Shown in pieces: positions 9,138 to 19,336 of a stretch of DNA of 64,000 nt. The position numbers and the translations under genes are program-made. The first letter of the stretch is position 1. Each line of letters begins with the position of its first letter. The notes beneath the pieces are model-generated. The model did no database searches. It was not told the origin of the DNA and saw only the letters and a list, made by a program, of their open reading frames with translations. This DNA comes from a bacterium (lineage in GTDB: Bacteria; Electryoneota; Electryoneia; Electryoneales; Electryoneaceae): positions 512,001 to 576,000 of the forward strand of contig CAXXKJ010000002.1 of NCBI GenBank assembly GCA_963675295.2, read 5' to 3'.

Positions 9138-11759
9138 ATGAGCCGTTCGAATGTCCTTTTCACTCGTGCCGCAGTCCTTGTGGCACTGCTGGCCATGACC
9201 GTGGCCGCATTCGCTCAAGACAGTCTGAACGTCAACCTGGCCGGGTCGTTGGAGTATGCCCGTTGGGGTAGAACCGAAGCGTTGACGGTTTCAGGCGAGT
9301 ATGCCTATGTCCAGACGTTGTATGACGGTCTGCACATTCTTGAGGCCAGCAATCCCTCCGCACCGGTGGATCTGGTTGGCTACCAGCATCCTTACGACAT
9401 TGTGAAAATGACGGTGAGCGGTTCATGGTTGTACGCGGCGGCGCAGTCCGATGGGATCGTGGTGCTGGATGTGAGCGAACCGTCTGATCCTGTGGAGGCG
9501 GGAGTATATCCCGCGCCAAACTCAGTGCAGGAATTGTTCGTGGAAGACGGGTTTCTGTATGCCGCGGCGCGGGAAGCCGGTTTGCGGATCTATGACCTCA
9601 CGGATCCGTCCACGCCGGTGGAGGTAGGATTCTGGGACAGTCCGGGAAACGAATCTATCCGGAATGTGTTTGTTGACAGGGAGTTCGCTTATCTGACAAG
9701 CATTAACCCCAAGGGCATGTGGATCATCGACGTCAGCGATCCAGCCGCGCCGGTGGAGCTGGGAATGTGGGAATATGTTTCGTCGGCATTCCCGTACGAC
9801 ATAGCCGTACGGGATGGGTTCGCGTATGTAGCGTGCGATTACTACGGGATTCGGATTGTCGATGTCAGCGATCCAGCCGCGCCATTCGAGGCTGGGGCAG
9901 TTGATGAAAGCTGGTCAAATACGAAAGGGCTTGTCGTCGAGGACGGCTACCTGTGTTCGGTGGAATACGGTGGCGGGTTTCGTGTCTTCGACCTCAGCGA
10001 TCCTGTGGCGCCGGTGCTGATCGGCACTCAGGTTCACCCGCCGGAGAAAGCGAGCAGCCTGGCAATCTCTGGTACCGATGCCTATGTCGGATTCACGCTC
10101 GGCGCGGTGATGAAGATTATCGACATCAGCCATCCCGCGCATCCGGCGACGGCGTGGTGGTTCGATGATCCTGGGATCACGCGCGGCGTCTGGTCGGTGG
10201 GGAATTATGTCTACCTGAGCAACAACAAGGCGGGTGTACGTATCATCGATGTGACGTTGCCGTGGCGTCCAGTAGAACGGGCCTTTCTGGACGGCATTGA
10301 AACGGTGTCGGACATGGCGGTGGACGGTGAGCTGGCGTATGTGAGCGCAGGCACGCGGCTGTACGTAGTGGATGTGAGCGATCCACTGGTTCCTGAGGTA
10401 TTGAGCTCCTGTGAAACCGCGAAAGGTGGGGTGGTATTCGAAGGCGAGTATGTGTATGTGACGAATTATTCCTCCGGGTTGCACATTGTGGATGTCCACG
10501 ATCCTTCGCTGCCGGTGGAGGTAGGTTCCTGGGCTCCGCCGCAGTTTACGACAGTGGGTGGTGTTGTGGTGGATGCGGGATATGCGTATGTCGCGGCGGG
10601 TGAACTTGGTGTTGCGGTGATCGACATCAGCGATCCTTCGGCGCCCGTGCTCGATCACTACTACGATCCGTGGTGGATCGGCGAAATGGGGAATATGGTC
10701 GAAGAAAACGGGTATGCGTATCTGCTGGACGAGGTTGCCGGTGAAAGCACGGGGATCAGCGTGCTCGATTTAGGCACACCGGGCGATCCCGTACTGGTAA
10801 CGTACATCCCGTCCGGACTGGATTGGACCTATGATCTCGAGGTGGAGAACGGGTATGTGTACCTCGCCCGCCGTGAGCATGGGGTATGGGTGCTTGACGC
10901 GCACGATCCGACACAGCTTCCGACGATAGGTTATTACGACGGTCTTGAGGGGAATGAAAACAGCATCGCGGTGCGGAACGGGTTCGCCTACATGGCGAAT
11001 GACGGCTACTTCTATGTGATGAACTGCCGGGACGCGATCGGTTGGGCGGGGCTGCCACCGATTGAGGTACATCTAATTGCGGCAGAGCCGGTGGTAGTGC
11101 CGCGTGGGGGAAATTTTACCTATGGCGCGCAGCTTGTGAGTCATTTGCCAGATCTGTTTGCGGTGGATATCTGGACGGAGGTGGTAACGCCGACGAACAC
11201 GGTGTACGGCCCGATCTGGCAGCTGTGGGATGTGCCGGTGGAGTCGGGAGCGATGTTGAGTGCGACCATCGGTCAGGCAGTTCCGTTGTGGGCTGCGTTG
11301 GGGGAGTATACGTTCCGGATGAAAGCGGGGATGTTTGGGATGTATGTCGCAGGGGACGACGAATTCCCGTTCGAGGTGACGACGGCGGGGGAAGGTGTGC
11401 GTGCGCCGGGTGCGCAACAGTGGGCCGGAACCGGCTACGCACAGGCGTTTGGAGTATCCGGGGGAGACGGTGCGACGGCGGCTGTTGTGGCGGACGAATA
11501 CCGGCTCGCAGGTGTATGGCCGAACCCGTTCAACGCGTCCGCGACGGTCACGGTGGAGTTACCGGAGCTGTCGGAACTGACGGTTGCGGTGTACAACGTG
11601 GCCGGGCAGCGAGTTGCGGAGTTGGTGCGTGGACGTGTCGCGGCGGGAACGCAGCAGTTCACGTTTGACGCGGCGGCGTTGTCCAGCGGGATCTATTTCG
11701 TGCGGGCGACGGTGCCGTACAAGCTGAATGCGATGCGGAAGGTGGTTCTTGTCAAGTAA
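9138..11759 (+). CDS. Secreted LVIVD-repeat beta-propeller protein with Ig-like module and T9SS type A-like C-terminal sorting domain
   Basis: Signal peptide ending AFA-Q, more than 10 repeats of YAYVA..GL.I.DVSDP..P..VG, and a C-terminal PNPFN...SSGIYFVR...KVVLVK. Confidence 0.9.
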   Translation: MSRSNVLFTRAAVLVALLAMTVAAFAQDSLNVNLAGSLEYARWGRTEALTVSGEYAYVQTLYDGLHILEASNPSAPVDLVGYQHPYDIVKMTVSGSWLYAAAQSDGIVVLDVSEPSDPVEAGVYPAPNSVQELFVEDGFLYAAAREAGLRIYDLTDPSTPVEVGFWDSPGNESIRNVFVDREFAYLTSINPKGMWIIDVSDPAAPVELGMWEYVSSAFPYDIAVRDGFAYVACDYYGIRIVDVSDPAAPFEAGAVDESWSNTKGLVVEDGYLCSVEYGGGFRVFDLSDPVAPVLIGTQVHPPEKASSLAISGTDAYVGFTLGAVMKIIDISHPAHPATAWWFDDPGITRGVWSVGNYVYLSNNKAGVRIIDVTLPWRPVERAFLDGIETVSDMAVDGELAYVSAGTRLYVVDVSDPLVPEVLSSCETAKGGVVFEGEYVYVTNYSSGLHIVDVHDPSLPVEVGSWAPPQFTTVGGVVVDAGYAYVAAGELGVAVIDISDPSAPVLDHYYDPWWIGEMGNMVEENGYAYLLDEVAGESTGISVLDLGTPGDPVLVTYIPSGLDWTYDLEVENGYVYLARREHGVWVLDAHDPTQLPTIGYYDGLEGNENSIAVRNGFAYMANDGYFYVMNCRDAIGWAGLPPIEVHLIAAEPVVVPRGGNFTYGAQLVSHLPDLFAVDIWTEVVTPTNTVYGPIWQLWDVPVESGAMLSATIGQAVPLWAALGEYTFRMKAGMFGMYVAGDDEFPFEVTTAGEGVRAPGAQQWAGTGYAQAFGVSGGDGATAAVVADEYRLAGVWPNPFNASATVTVELPELSELTVAVYNVAGQRVAELVRGRVAAGTQQFTFDAAALSSGIYFVRATVPYKLNAMRKVVLVK

Positions 11760-11760
11760 A

Positions 11761-11862
11761 AGACAGGAACGGATAGCAAAAGACAGTAAAAGACAGGAAA
11801 AGACGTAACAGACGCCACAGACGCCACAGAAGCAACAGACGCCACGGACGCAGCGGGCGCAG
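11761..11862 (+). repeat. Post-CTD trailer: decamer (AGACAGGAAA-like) array changing to a nonamer (AGACGCCAC-like) array
   Basis: Read directly. Homologous trailers lie at 13847-13930 and 15983-16040. Confidence 0.85.
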
Positions 11863-11999
11863 GGATGATACCCTGCGCCCATTTTCGTGGGGTCAGTTTC
11901 GCGGGCTGATTTTTTCAGTCATTAGCCACTTCTCGTTTGCGACTAACAATTGCGCTGTGGTATTTTATTCAATCTGCGACTATGAAGGAGGATAGAAAG

Positions 12000-13844
12000 A
12001 TGAAAACCTTGTCGCTTTGCCTGCTTGCCTGCCTGCTGCCTCTCGTTTGCTTCGCTCAATGGACAGCGCACGATGTCACCACCACCGGGGACGGTGCGGT
12101 GGATGCATTCGCCGCTGATTTTGACAATGACGGTGATCTGGATGTTGTCGGGGCGTGCGTGATCGAATGGACGGCCAGCTGGTGGGAGAACACGAACGGT
12201 CTGGGTACGGAATGGACGGAACACGTACTGCCGGGCACCGTTTACGGCATACTCAGCGTGCACGCGGACGATGTTAACGGCGATGGCGAGATGGACATTC
12301 TCGCGGCGTTTTCGGTCGATGAGAACGTTCGTTGGTGGGAAAACAACGGTGGTGGCGCCAGTTGGTCGATCCGCACCGTGGGCGCGTTGTCGGACGCTCA
12401 GTGTGTGATCAGCGCGGATGTGACGAATGACGGCGATGTGGATGTGATCGCGTCCGGCGGTGATCAGATTGTGTTCTGGGAAAACGTGGGCGGTTCGGGC
12501 ACAACGTGGAATCAGCACAACATCACAGTCGGAGTGAACTGGGTGCATCATGTCGATGTCGGCTATGTGAACGACGATGATTACATCGATGTGGTTGCCG
12601 CGACCTCGCAGGGTGACGAGGTGCTGTGGTGTGAGAACCCGGGGCTTGGTTTGCCCAGCTGGGAGCGTCGGAATGTGGACGCCGATTTCAACGGGGCCTG
12701 TTGTGTCCGTGTCGCTGACATGGATGATGACGGCAGCAACGACGTGATCGCCTGCGGGGCGGGAAACAGCCTTGTCAGTTGGTGGCGGAACGTGGATGGC
12801 GCGGGGACGTCCTGGACGGAAAACGCGGTCGGCTCCATCCTGTTCCCGGAATTTGTCGTACCGGTGGATCTGGACGCCGACGGCGACCTGGATGTCGGCT
12901 GCGCGTCCTACTCGGATACCGATATCAACTGGTATGAGAACACCGATGGAGTGGGAACAACATGGATGGCCCATGCCGTCGAATCGGATTTTGAGTCGGC
13001 ATCCAGCGTGGAAGCGTTCGACTTTTCCGGGGATGGTGTGCCGGATCTGCTCGGGACGTCATATGCGACCGACCGCATCACGTGGTGGGAATTTGATGGT
13101 GGGACGCCGGATCCGGTTGTACTGACATTGACACCGACCTCGCCGACAACCATTCCAGCGGCCGGCGGAACGCTGGTTTACGACGTTCACCTGATCAGCA
13201 ACCTGGCGTATCCGGTGTCCGGCTTGCGCTACTGGACGGATGCCATTTTGCCGAATGGGTCAACGTACGGACCGATCATGGTACAACCGTTCACGATGAC
13301 AGCGTTTATGGATGTGACGGTGCCTGATATGACGCAAACGATTCCAGCGATGGCACCAGCTGGTGTGTACCAGTTCCGTGGTCATGTGGGGTACATGGCG
13401 GGTCCGCAAGTGGGGGATTCGTTCCCATTCACCAAGCAGGAAACCGCAGTGGATAACGGCGGTGTGTCTGCGGCTCCAGACGCAGAATCATGGCGGGCCG
13501 GAGGTGTGTGGACAGTGACCGGCGATCCGGCGGAAGGCGAGAAGTTGGACTCGTCCTTGGAGAATGCCCGGATTCCAGTGGAATATGCGCTGACCGAAGT
13601 GCACCCGAACCCGTTCAACGCGTCTGCGACAGTCACAGTCGAGCTGCCGGAAGTCTCCGAGCTGACGATTGCGGTCTACAACGTGACGGGGCAGGGTGTG
13701 GCGGAGCTGGTGCGTGGGCGTGTCGCGGCGGGCACACACTCGTGTGTGTTCGACGGATCGTCGCTGGCGAGCGGGATCTATTTCGTGCGAGCGGCGGTGC
13801 CGGGCCGACTCAACGCGATGCAGAAGGTGGTTCTCGTCAAGTAA
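12000..13844 (+). CDS. Secreted FG-GAP/VCBS-repeat protein with Ig-like module and T9SS-like CTD
   Basis: AAGGAGG RBS, signal peptide MKTLSL...CFA-Q, repeated ADxDxDGDxDV...WWEN, and a PNPFN...KVVLVK tail. Confidence 0.9.
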   Translation: MKTLSLCLLACLLPLVCFAQWTAHDVTTTGDGAVDAFAADFDNDGDLDVVGACVIEWTASWWENTNGLGTEWTEHVLPGTVYGILSVHADDVNGDGEMDILAAFSVDENVRWWENNGGGASWSIRTVGALSDAQCVISADVTNDGDVDVIASGGDQIVFWENVGGSGTTWNQHNITVGVNWVHHVDVGYVNDDDYIDVVAATSQGDEVLWCENPGLGLPSWERRNVDADFNGACCVRVADMDDDGSNDVIACGAGNSLVSWWRNVDGAGTSWTENAVGSILFPEFVVPVDLDADGDLDVGCASYSDTDINWYENTDGVGTTWMAHAVESDFESASSVEAFDFSGDGVPDLLGTSYATDRITWWEFDGGTPDPVVLTLTPTSPTTIPAAGGTLVYDVHLISNLAYPVSGLRYWTDAILPNGSTYGPIMVQPFTMTAFMDVTVPDMTQTIPAMAPAGVYQFRGHVGYMAGPQVGDSFPFTKQETAVDNGGVSAAPDAESWRAGGVWTVTGDPAEGEKLDSSLENARIPVEYALTEVHPNPFNASATVTVELPEVSELTIAVYNVTGQGVAELVRGRVAAGTHSCVFDGSSLASGIYFVRAAVPGRLNAMQKVVLVK

Positions 13845-13846
13845 AA

Positions 13847-13930
13847 AGACAGGAACAGACAGTAAAAGACAGGAAAAGACGCCACAGAAGCAACAGACGC
13901 AACGGACACAACGGACGCAACTGACAAAAC
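13847..13930 (+). repeat. Post-CTD decamer/nonamer trailer, copy 2
   Basis: AGACAGGAAC AGACAGTAAA AGACAGGAAA then AGACGCCAC AGAAGCAAC AGACGCAAC GGACACAAC GGACGCAAC. Confidence 0.85.
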
Positions 13931-13933
13931 AGG

Positions 13934-13983
13934 CGATGACCCCTGCGATCCGCCAGACAGACGGCGGGTCACAGGGGCATTTT
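13934..13983. repeat. 50-bp REP-like hairpin (family D), copy 1
   Basis: CGATGACCCCTGCGATCCGCCAGACAGACGGCGGGTCACAGGGGCATTTT, 48/50 identical to 17302-17351. Confidence 0.9.
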
Positions 13984-14259
13984 GTATGTCAACGGGTCAC
14001 CGGGCGTTATTTGCAAGTCAGGGGGTGGATCTGCTTCCGTATTTCAACGTCGTGAGTAGGCTTGGTATTACGACATCTTATGGCAATCAGGTCATTGTGA
14101 AGTCGCGTGTGTTTGCGACTGAACAAGATCCAGCTTATCAGCAGCGGATCATCGTGTCCGGTTCCTTTGTGGATCGGCCTGCTTTTTCTTTTCTATGTAA
14201 CCGGTTGCGGCGTGTGTTCGTCTCGTGAGTATTGAGACTCACAAGGCGGAGGTTGTCCG

Positions 14260-15981
14260 ATGAAACTCGCGCACGGGTTGTTTCTTCTGCTGTTTGTCCC
14301 CCTGTTCGTATCCCTCTCCCAGGCGTCACCCCGATTCGTGGAACACATCGTCACCGGAACCCTTTCCGGCGCGGTATCGCTGGATGTGGTGGACATGGAC
14401 GGCGACGGCGACCTGGATATTGTGTCCTGCGGCCAGAGCAGCAGCAACATCGGCTGGTTTGAGCAGCAGCCTGACCGGAGCTTCACGTCCCACCTGGTGC
14501 CGATGGGGTTCAACGGCGCGTACTCGGTAGCGGTGGCGGATTTCAACGAAGACGGGTTGATGGATTTCGCGACGGCTTCGTTCAGCGACACGCGGGCGGA
14601 TGTGTGGCTGCAGCAAAACGATGGCACGTTCAGCAACCAGGTGCTGGAAATCAGCTACCCGAACGCGCACACGGTCGAAGTCGCGGACATGAACGAAGAT
14701 GGGCACATCGACCTGCTGACGATGGGCGGTGGCACGCAACCGTTACGGCTGTACCTCAACGACGGCTCAGCGAATTTCACGTTGAACGTGGTGCATGAGA
14801 TGAATTATCGCGGGCAGGCGTGCCGACCGGTAGACTTCGACGGTGATGGCGACCTCGATATCCTCAGCAACAATTTTGATGGCGGCCGGTTCCATCTGTT
14901 TCGCAATGATGGCGAGGAAAACTTCGCGTTGGAGTTGATCGGAATCCGTGACGGCGCCCACTGGATCATCGCAACCGACCTCAACGACGACGGCGAGCTG
15001 AACCCGGTGACAGTCGCCTATTCCGAGGGCGAGCTGGCGTGGTGGCAGGAGAGTTTCGGGTTCTACAACCGGTACACGCTGGATGATGACATTGCGTTCG
15101 GGGTGTACGCCGAAGCGGCGGATTTTGATCTCGATGGCGACATGGACCTGGTCGCGACCTCGGAATCCGGGCACATGCTGGCGTGGTACGAAAACGACGA
15201 GATGGAATTCACGCGCACGGTTCTTTCCGGCAGCTACACGTTCGCGGGGGAAGTGTTCCCCGTCGATTTCGATCAGGACGGAGACATCGACATCGTTTCG
15301 GCGGCCAAGGGACGCAACCGTGTCAGCTGGTGGGAACTGGAGTCAATCAACCCGCCGACAGCGTTCGATCTGACCACCCCGGCCGGCGGCGCGCACCTGA
15401 ACACGGCGGACGGGATCACCGTCGAGTGGACGGAATCCGTTGACAACGACCCCGGCGCAGAGCTGACATACACGATTTCGCTGGGACTGGTGGTCGCTCC
15501 GGAGGATACGAGCTGGGTGGTGCTGGACGGAATCGTCATCACCTCGCAGACGATCAACCAGGCGGAGTTGTGGCAGGATGTTGAACCGGGCGACTATGAT
15601 GGCGTCGTGTTCGTGGAAGCGTTGTCGCAAGGCGATGCGGTGCGTTGCAATCAGGTCGCCGAAGTGACGGTGACGGTGGCGGCTAGCGGGGTGGACGAAT
15701 CCCAGTCGCAGCCGGATAGATTCGCGCTGCTAGAGGTGTATCCGAATCCATTCAACGCATCGGCGACGGTGACGGTGGAATTGCCCTCGGCGGGTGAGCT
15801 GACGGTTGCTGTGTACAACCTCGCCGGGCAGCGAGTCACGGGATTGGTGAACGGGCAGGTCGCGGCCGGAACACACGAAATTGCGTTCGACGGATCGGAC
15901 TTGGCGAGTGGGATCTATCTCGTGCGGGCCACGGTGCCGAGCCAGATGAACACGATGCGGAAGGTGGTTCTCGTGAAGTAA
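14260..15981 (+). CDS. Secreted FG-GAP/VCBS-repeat protein with T9SS-like CTD
   Basis: Signal peptide, DxDGDGDLDI repeats, and a PNPFN...KVVLVK tail. Confidence 0.9.
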   Translation: MKLAHGLFLLLFVPLFVSLSQASPRFVEHIVTGTLSGAVSLDVVDMDGDGDLDIVSCGQSSSNIGWFEQQPDRSFTSHLVPMGFNGAYSVAVADFNEDGLMDFATASFSDTRADVWLQQNDGTFSNQVLEISYPNAHTVEVADMNEDGHIDLLTMGGGTQPLRLYLNDGSANFTLNVVHEMNYRGQACRPVDFDGDGDLDILSNNFDGGRFHLFRNDGEENFALELIGIRDGAHWIIATDLNDDGELNPVTVAYSEGELAWWQESFGFYNRYTLDDDIAFGVYAEAADFDLDGDMDLVATSESGHMLAWYENDEMEFTRTVLSGSYTFAGEVFPVDFDQDGDIDIVSAAKGRNRVSWWELESINPPTAFDLTTPAGGAHLNTADGITVEWTESVDNDPGAELTYTISLGLVVAPEDTSWVVLDGIVITSQTINQAELWQDVEPGDYDGVVFVEALSQGDAVRCNQVAEVTVTVAASGVDESQSQPDRFALLEVYPNPFNASATVTVELPSAGELTVAVYNLAGQRVTGLVNGQVAAGTHEIAFDGSDLASGIYLVRATVPSQMNTMRKVVLVK

Positions 15982-15982
15982 T

Positions 15983-16098
15983 AGACAGGAATGGATAGTA
16001 AAAGACAGGAAAAGACAGGAAAAGACAGAGAAAAGAGAGATCCTTCACTGCGTTCAGGGCGTCACCTTTTAAGGGCGAACGCTACGCTCAGAATGAAA
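15983..16098 (+). repeat. Post-CTD decamer trailer copy 3, followed by a GAGATCCTTCACTGCGTTCAG / GCTACGCTCAGAATGA repeat remnant
   Basis: AGACAGGAAT GGATAGTAAA AGACAGGAAA AGACAGGAAA. Bases 16031-16049 are identical to 33451-33469. Confidence 0.75.
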
Positions 16099-16183
16099 CC
16101 ATGACGGATCGTGATGAGGCTGTGGCGGTGAACATGCCTATATTCCGGAGAATCAAGCGGGTTCAATGACCCTGAGGTGCTTC

Positions 16184-17248
16184 ATGCGAGCAGCCCTGTT
16201 TCTTTCCCTTCTTTTGGCGGCGTTTCCGCTTCAGGCCCAGTACATCACGCAATCTTGGACGCAAACCCTCTGGATGGATCTGAACGTGAACGAAGCGCCG
16301 GTTGCGGCGATCGCGCCGGATGGTTCTGTTTACTGCGCGGGCGCGGGAGATGAGAGTATCTGGTGCACTGCGCTCGATTCCACCGGCAGCATTGCGTGGA
16401 TTCAGACCCCGACATACACCGATTTCGAGTTCCCGGAATACAACGTGCGTCTGGTGCTGGCAAACGAAGATGGTTTGCTGCTGGCGTGGAACGGCACCCT
16501 GTGGGAGTGGGGCTCGATGGAGATGTATGTCTCGGCGTTCGATGCGGATGGTACGGTGCACCCGGAGGTGTATCTCGCTGAATCAGGAACCGCGCGTGCC
16601 GGCTGTTACTCGAATGGAACGTTCAAGATTCTGCGTTACAACAACGGCAACACCTCCCTATTCAACCTCAACTCGCTCGGCTACATAATCGGTTTCACCA
16701 CGCTCAGCCGCGAAACGTACCCCGGCAAGCATTTGACGGCGTTCGCGAATGGGAACCGGCCCACAATCACCAGTATCGCCCTGCTCGGCAGCCAGCTCGG
16801 GGTGCTCAACGAGCAGGGGACGGTGATTGCGCGGCCGCCCATACCGCATCACCTGAACTTCAAACGGATCTACCAGGCATCGGAAAACAGCGTCTACCTG
16901 GTGACGGACGAGTATGGCGGCGGTCTGGCGAAATTCAGTGGCGGGAGTGAGTACGAGTGGACGCGTCCAATTGCATTCACCGATCCGTTGTCACAGGCTG
17001 TAACCTACATGGCGGGGAATGGATTCGTGGTCGCGTCCCAGGAGGGCGGCGAAGTAAGGTTCACATGCTACAACCTTGAGGGGATCGAGGTGGGGCAGGA
17101 GGTGTTCGATTTCGAAGGTGCACTGGTCACACTGGTGGCGGGGCAGAACCAGGATCTAGTGTGTGTTGCGAACGAAAGGTGGATCGGATCGCAACATCTC
17201 TGGCGGTATCACGTGGGGGAGTTTCCGCAGAATGGGCCGGGCCGGTGA
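16184..17248 (+). CDS. Hypothetical secreted protein, probably a beta-propeller; no CTD
   Basis: Signal peptide MRAALFL...LQA-Q after GAGGTG, and beta-rich blades (DSTGSIAW, DADG, EWTR). Confidence 0.7.
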   Translation: MRAALFLSLLLAAFPLQAQYITQSWTQTLWMDLNVNEAPVAAIAPDGSVYCAGAGDESIWCTALDSTGSIAWIQTPTYTDFEFPEYNVRLVLANEDGLLLAWNGTLWEWGSMEMYVSAFDADGTVHPEVYLAESGTARAGCYSNGTFKILRYNNGNTSLFNLNSLGYIIGFTTLSRETYPGKHLTAFANGNRPTITSIALLGSQLGVLNEQGTVIARPPIPHHLNFKRIYQASENSVYLVTDEYGGGLAKFSGGSEYEWTRPIAFTDPLSQAVTYMAGNGFVVASQEGGEVRFTCYNLEGIEVGQEVFDFEGALVTLVAGQNQDLVCVANERWIGSQHLWRYHVGEFPQNGPGR

Positions 17249-17301
17249 AGAGCTGAGATACCAGATATCGTGACAAGAGACAAAGCCCAAAGACTTGTGA
17301 C

Positions 17302-17351
17302 CGATGACCCCTGCGATCCGCCGGACAGACGGCGGGTCACAGGGGTATTTT
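17302..17351. repeat. 50-bp REP-like hairpin (family D), copy 2
   Basis: 48/50 identical to 13934-13983. Confidence 0.9.
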
Positions 17352-17500
17352 CAGATGGAACCAACCTTTCAGCGTTGCCGTAAAACAAGAGCGTAAGCGG
17401 AGGTGAGTTCGTCACTTACGAGCTCGGTTCGGCCGTGATTACCGCTTGCAGCGAAGCCTCGCAGACGTGTACTTTCTGGCTTGCACTGGATGGACATCTC

Positions 17501-19066
17501 ATGAACGAACGCAACTGGTCCAGCTTTGTCAACGGCATCGCGGTCCTGCTGATCGCCGGCGGCCTGTTTACCGGCGGATGGATGGTGTACAGCGAATTTT
17601 TCGCTGCACCGCAGGAAGAAGAGCCCCCCGCCGATGTCGCGGACCGTCCAACATCTGACGATAACGGCGATTCGTGGAATCCCTTCGCCAGCCGTGACAA
17701 GGGAACGGCGCGCGAGGAGGACGGTCCCCGGTTTGGCGATGCGGAACAGGATTTCGACATCGGTCGCGGGATCGAGCGGGAACCGTTGCCGGTGGTCGGC
17801 GAATTCGAGAGCCCGTTTGTCGCGGTGGCGGATCGGCTGAAACCGTCCGTGGTGAACATCGTCGTCGAAGGGCGCCGGATGACGGACCCGTACCACCAGG
17901 GCGTCGAGATGCGTGGCGGCGGGACCGGGGTGATCGTGGATAAGCGCGGCTACGTGTTGACCAACAATCACGTGGTCAGCGGCGCGGAAGAGATTATCGT
18001 CACTTTATCCGGCGGTGAGGAACGGGAAGGAACCGTGCTCGGCGCGGACCCGGAATCCGACCTCGCGGTGATCGACATCGGGACAGTGCGGGATATCCGT
18101 GTCGCGCAACTCGGCGACAGTGACGCGATTTCCATCGGCGACTGGGCGATCGCGATGGGGAACCCGTTGGGATTGGACTGGACGTTAACGGTTGGCATCA
18201 TCAGCGCGAAAGGCCGCAGCGATTTGCGGATCGCGGGTGGTGGACCGGTGTTCCAGGATTTCATCCAGACTGATGCTTCCATCAATTTCGGCAACTCCGG
18301 TGGTCCGCTGGCGAACATCCACGGCGAGGTGATCGGGATTAACGCCGCGACGAACGCGTCCGCGAACGGCATCGGCTTCGCGATTCCGATCAACATGGCG
18401 CGCAAGGTGGTCGGACAGTTGCTTGAAACGGGCTATGTCCGGCGTGGCTACCTCGGGTTGGTGCCAACATTCCTCGACGGCCTCAAGAAAGAGGCGCTCG
18501 GGCTCGATGAAACAGTAGAAGGCATTTTCATCGAGAGTGTCGGCAAGGGCACCCCGGCGGAAGACGGCGGCATTGAAGGCGGCGATGTGGTTGTCGCGAT
18601 GGACGGCGATCCGGTCAGCGACGTCACCGATTTCCGGATGCGGATTGCGAACCATGAGCCCGGCGACAAGCTGAAGTTGACGGTAATCCGCAAGGGCGAT
18701 ATCAAGCAGCTCAGCTTTACGCTCGCGGATCGCAGCGATTTTGTAACCACCGCCAGCGAAGGACGTCGCATGGGCAACGGGCATTGGCTCGGGCTGGATG
18801 TGACGTCGTTGAACAGCCCGGAGGCGCGTCAGCTGGGTGTCAACGCGGATGTTGGTGTGATGGTGGTAAGTGTTGAGCCGGGCAGTGCGTCCGACGGCAA
18901 GCTGGAGCCGGGAGACGTGATTGTTCGTATTGGTGAAGATGAGGTCGAAACGTTGGAGGACTGGCGGCATCTCACCAGTACGCTCGGAGAACCGGAACGG
19001 GCGATTCTGATCAAGTACATTCCGGCCGGCCAGGGGTCGAGCCGGTTTCTGGCGTTGAAGCCGTGA
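17501..19066 (+). CDS. degP: Do/DegP/HtrA serine endopeptidase with two PDZ domains
   Basis: TNNHVV, DLAVI, IQTDASINFGNSGGPL, two PDZ domains and an N-terminal TM anchor. Confidence 0.92.
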   Translation: MNERNWSSFVNGIAVLLIAGGLFTGGWMVYSEFFAAPQEEEPPADVADRPTSDDNGDSWNPFASRDKGTAREEDGPRFGDAEQDFDIGRGIEREPLPVVGEFESPFVAVADRLKPSVVNIVVEGRRMTDPYHQGVEMRGGGTGVIVDKRGYVLTNNHVVSGAEEIIVTLSGGEEREGTVLGADPESDLAVIDIGTVRDIRVAQLGDSDAISIGDWAIAMGNPLGLDWTLTVGIISAKGRSDLRIAGGGPVFQDFIQTDASINFGNSGGPLANIHGEVIGINAATNASANGIGFAIPINMARKVVGQLLETGYVRRGYLGLVPTFLDGLKKEALGLDETVEGIFIESVGKGTPAEDGGIEGGDVVVAMDGDPVSDVTDFRMRIANHEPGDKLKLTVIRKGDIKQLSFTLADRSDFVTTASEGRRMGNGHWLGLDVTSLNSPEARQLGVNADVGVMVVSVEPGSASDGKLEPGDVIVRIGEDEVETLEDWRHLTSTLGEPERAILIKYIPAGQGSSRFLALKP

Positions 19067-19135
19067 GCTGGTAGTCGGTACACGGTATTCGGTGATCGGT
19101 AAAAGAAAAAAAAATGTGGTAGATCGCGGAGTGTG

Positions 19136-19230
19136 GATGATCCCGGACTGAAGTCCGAGGGCATGTCCGTTCAGACACAGCGGCTGTGTTGTTCAGAGAG
19201 TAGATGACCCCAGACCTGAATGTCTGGGGA
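19136..19230. repeat. REP-like hairpin doublet (family A, TGAA loop)
   Basis: CCCGGACTGAAGTCCGAGGGCA and CCCCAGACCTGAATGTCTGGGGA. A homologous doublet lies at 25569-25651. Confidence 0.85.
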
Positions 19231-19264
19231 ATGTTGAGAAGTAGTGGTTTGTAGTTATTTACCT

Positions 19265-19292
19265 TCAGGTCTCAGGTCTCAGGTCTCAGGTC
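19265..19292. repeat. Heptamer microsatellite (TCAGGTC)x4
   Basis: Four perfect copies upstream of rpoD. Confidence 0.95.
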
Positions 19293-19336
19293 TGTTTTTG
19301 ATGTAATTCGGTTTGAACCGAGAGGAGAGAATTCGA

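Noticed and set aside
11520-15981. Diversity-generating retroelement (TR/VR) explanation of the similar CTD ends
   Set aside because: Differences are mostly synonymous and not adenine-specific, all copies are coding, and no reverse transcriptase is present.
9138-17351. Integron cassette array (genes each followed by hairpins)
   Set aside because: No integrase is present, the hairpins lack attC RYYYAAC/GTTRRRY ends, and the genes have their own long upstream regions.
19101-19114. A-rich run upstream of rpoD as a phase-variation tract
   Set aside because: It is non-coding, more than 200 bp from the start, and not tied to an identifiable promoter.
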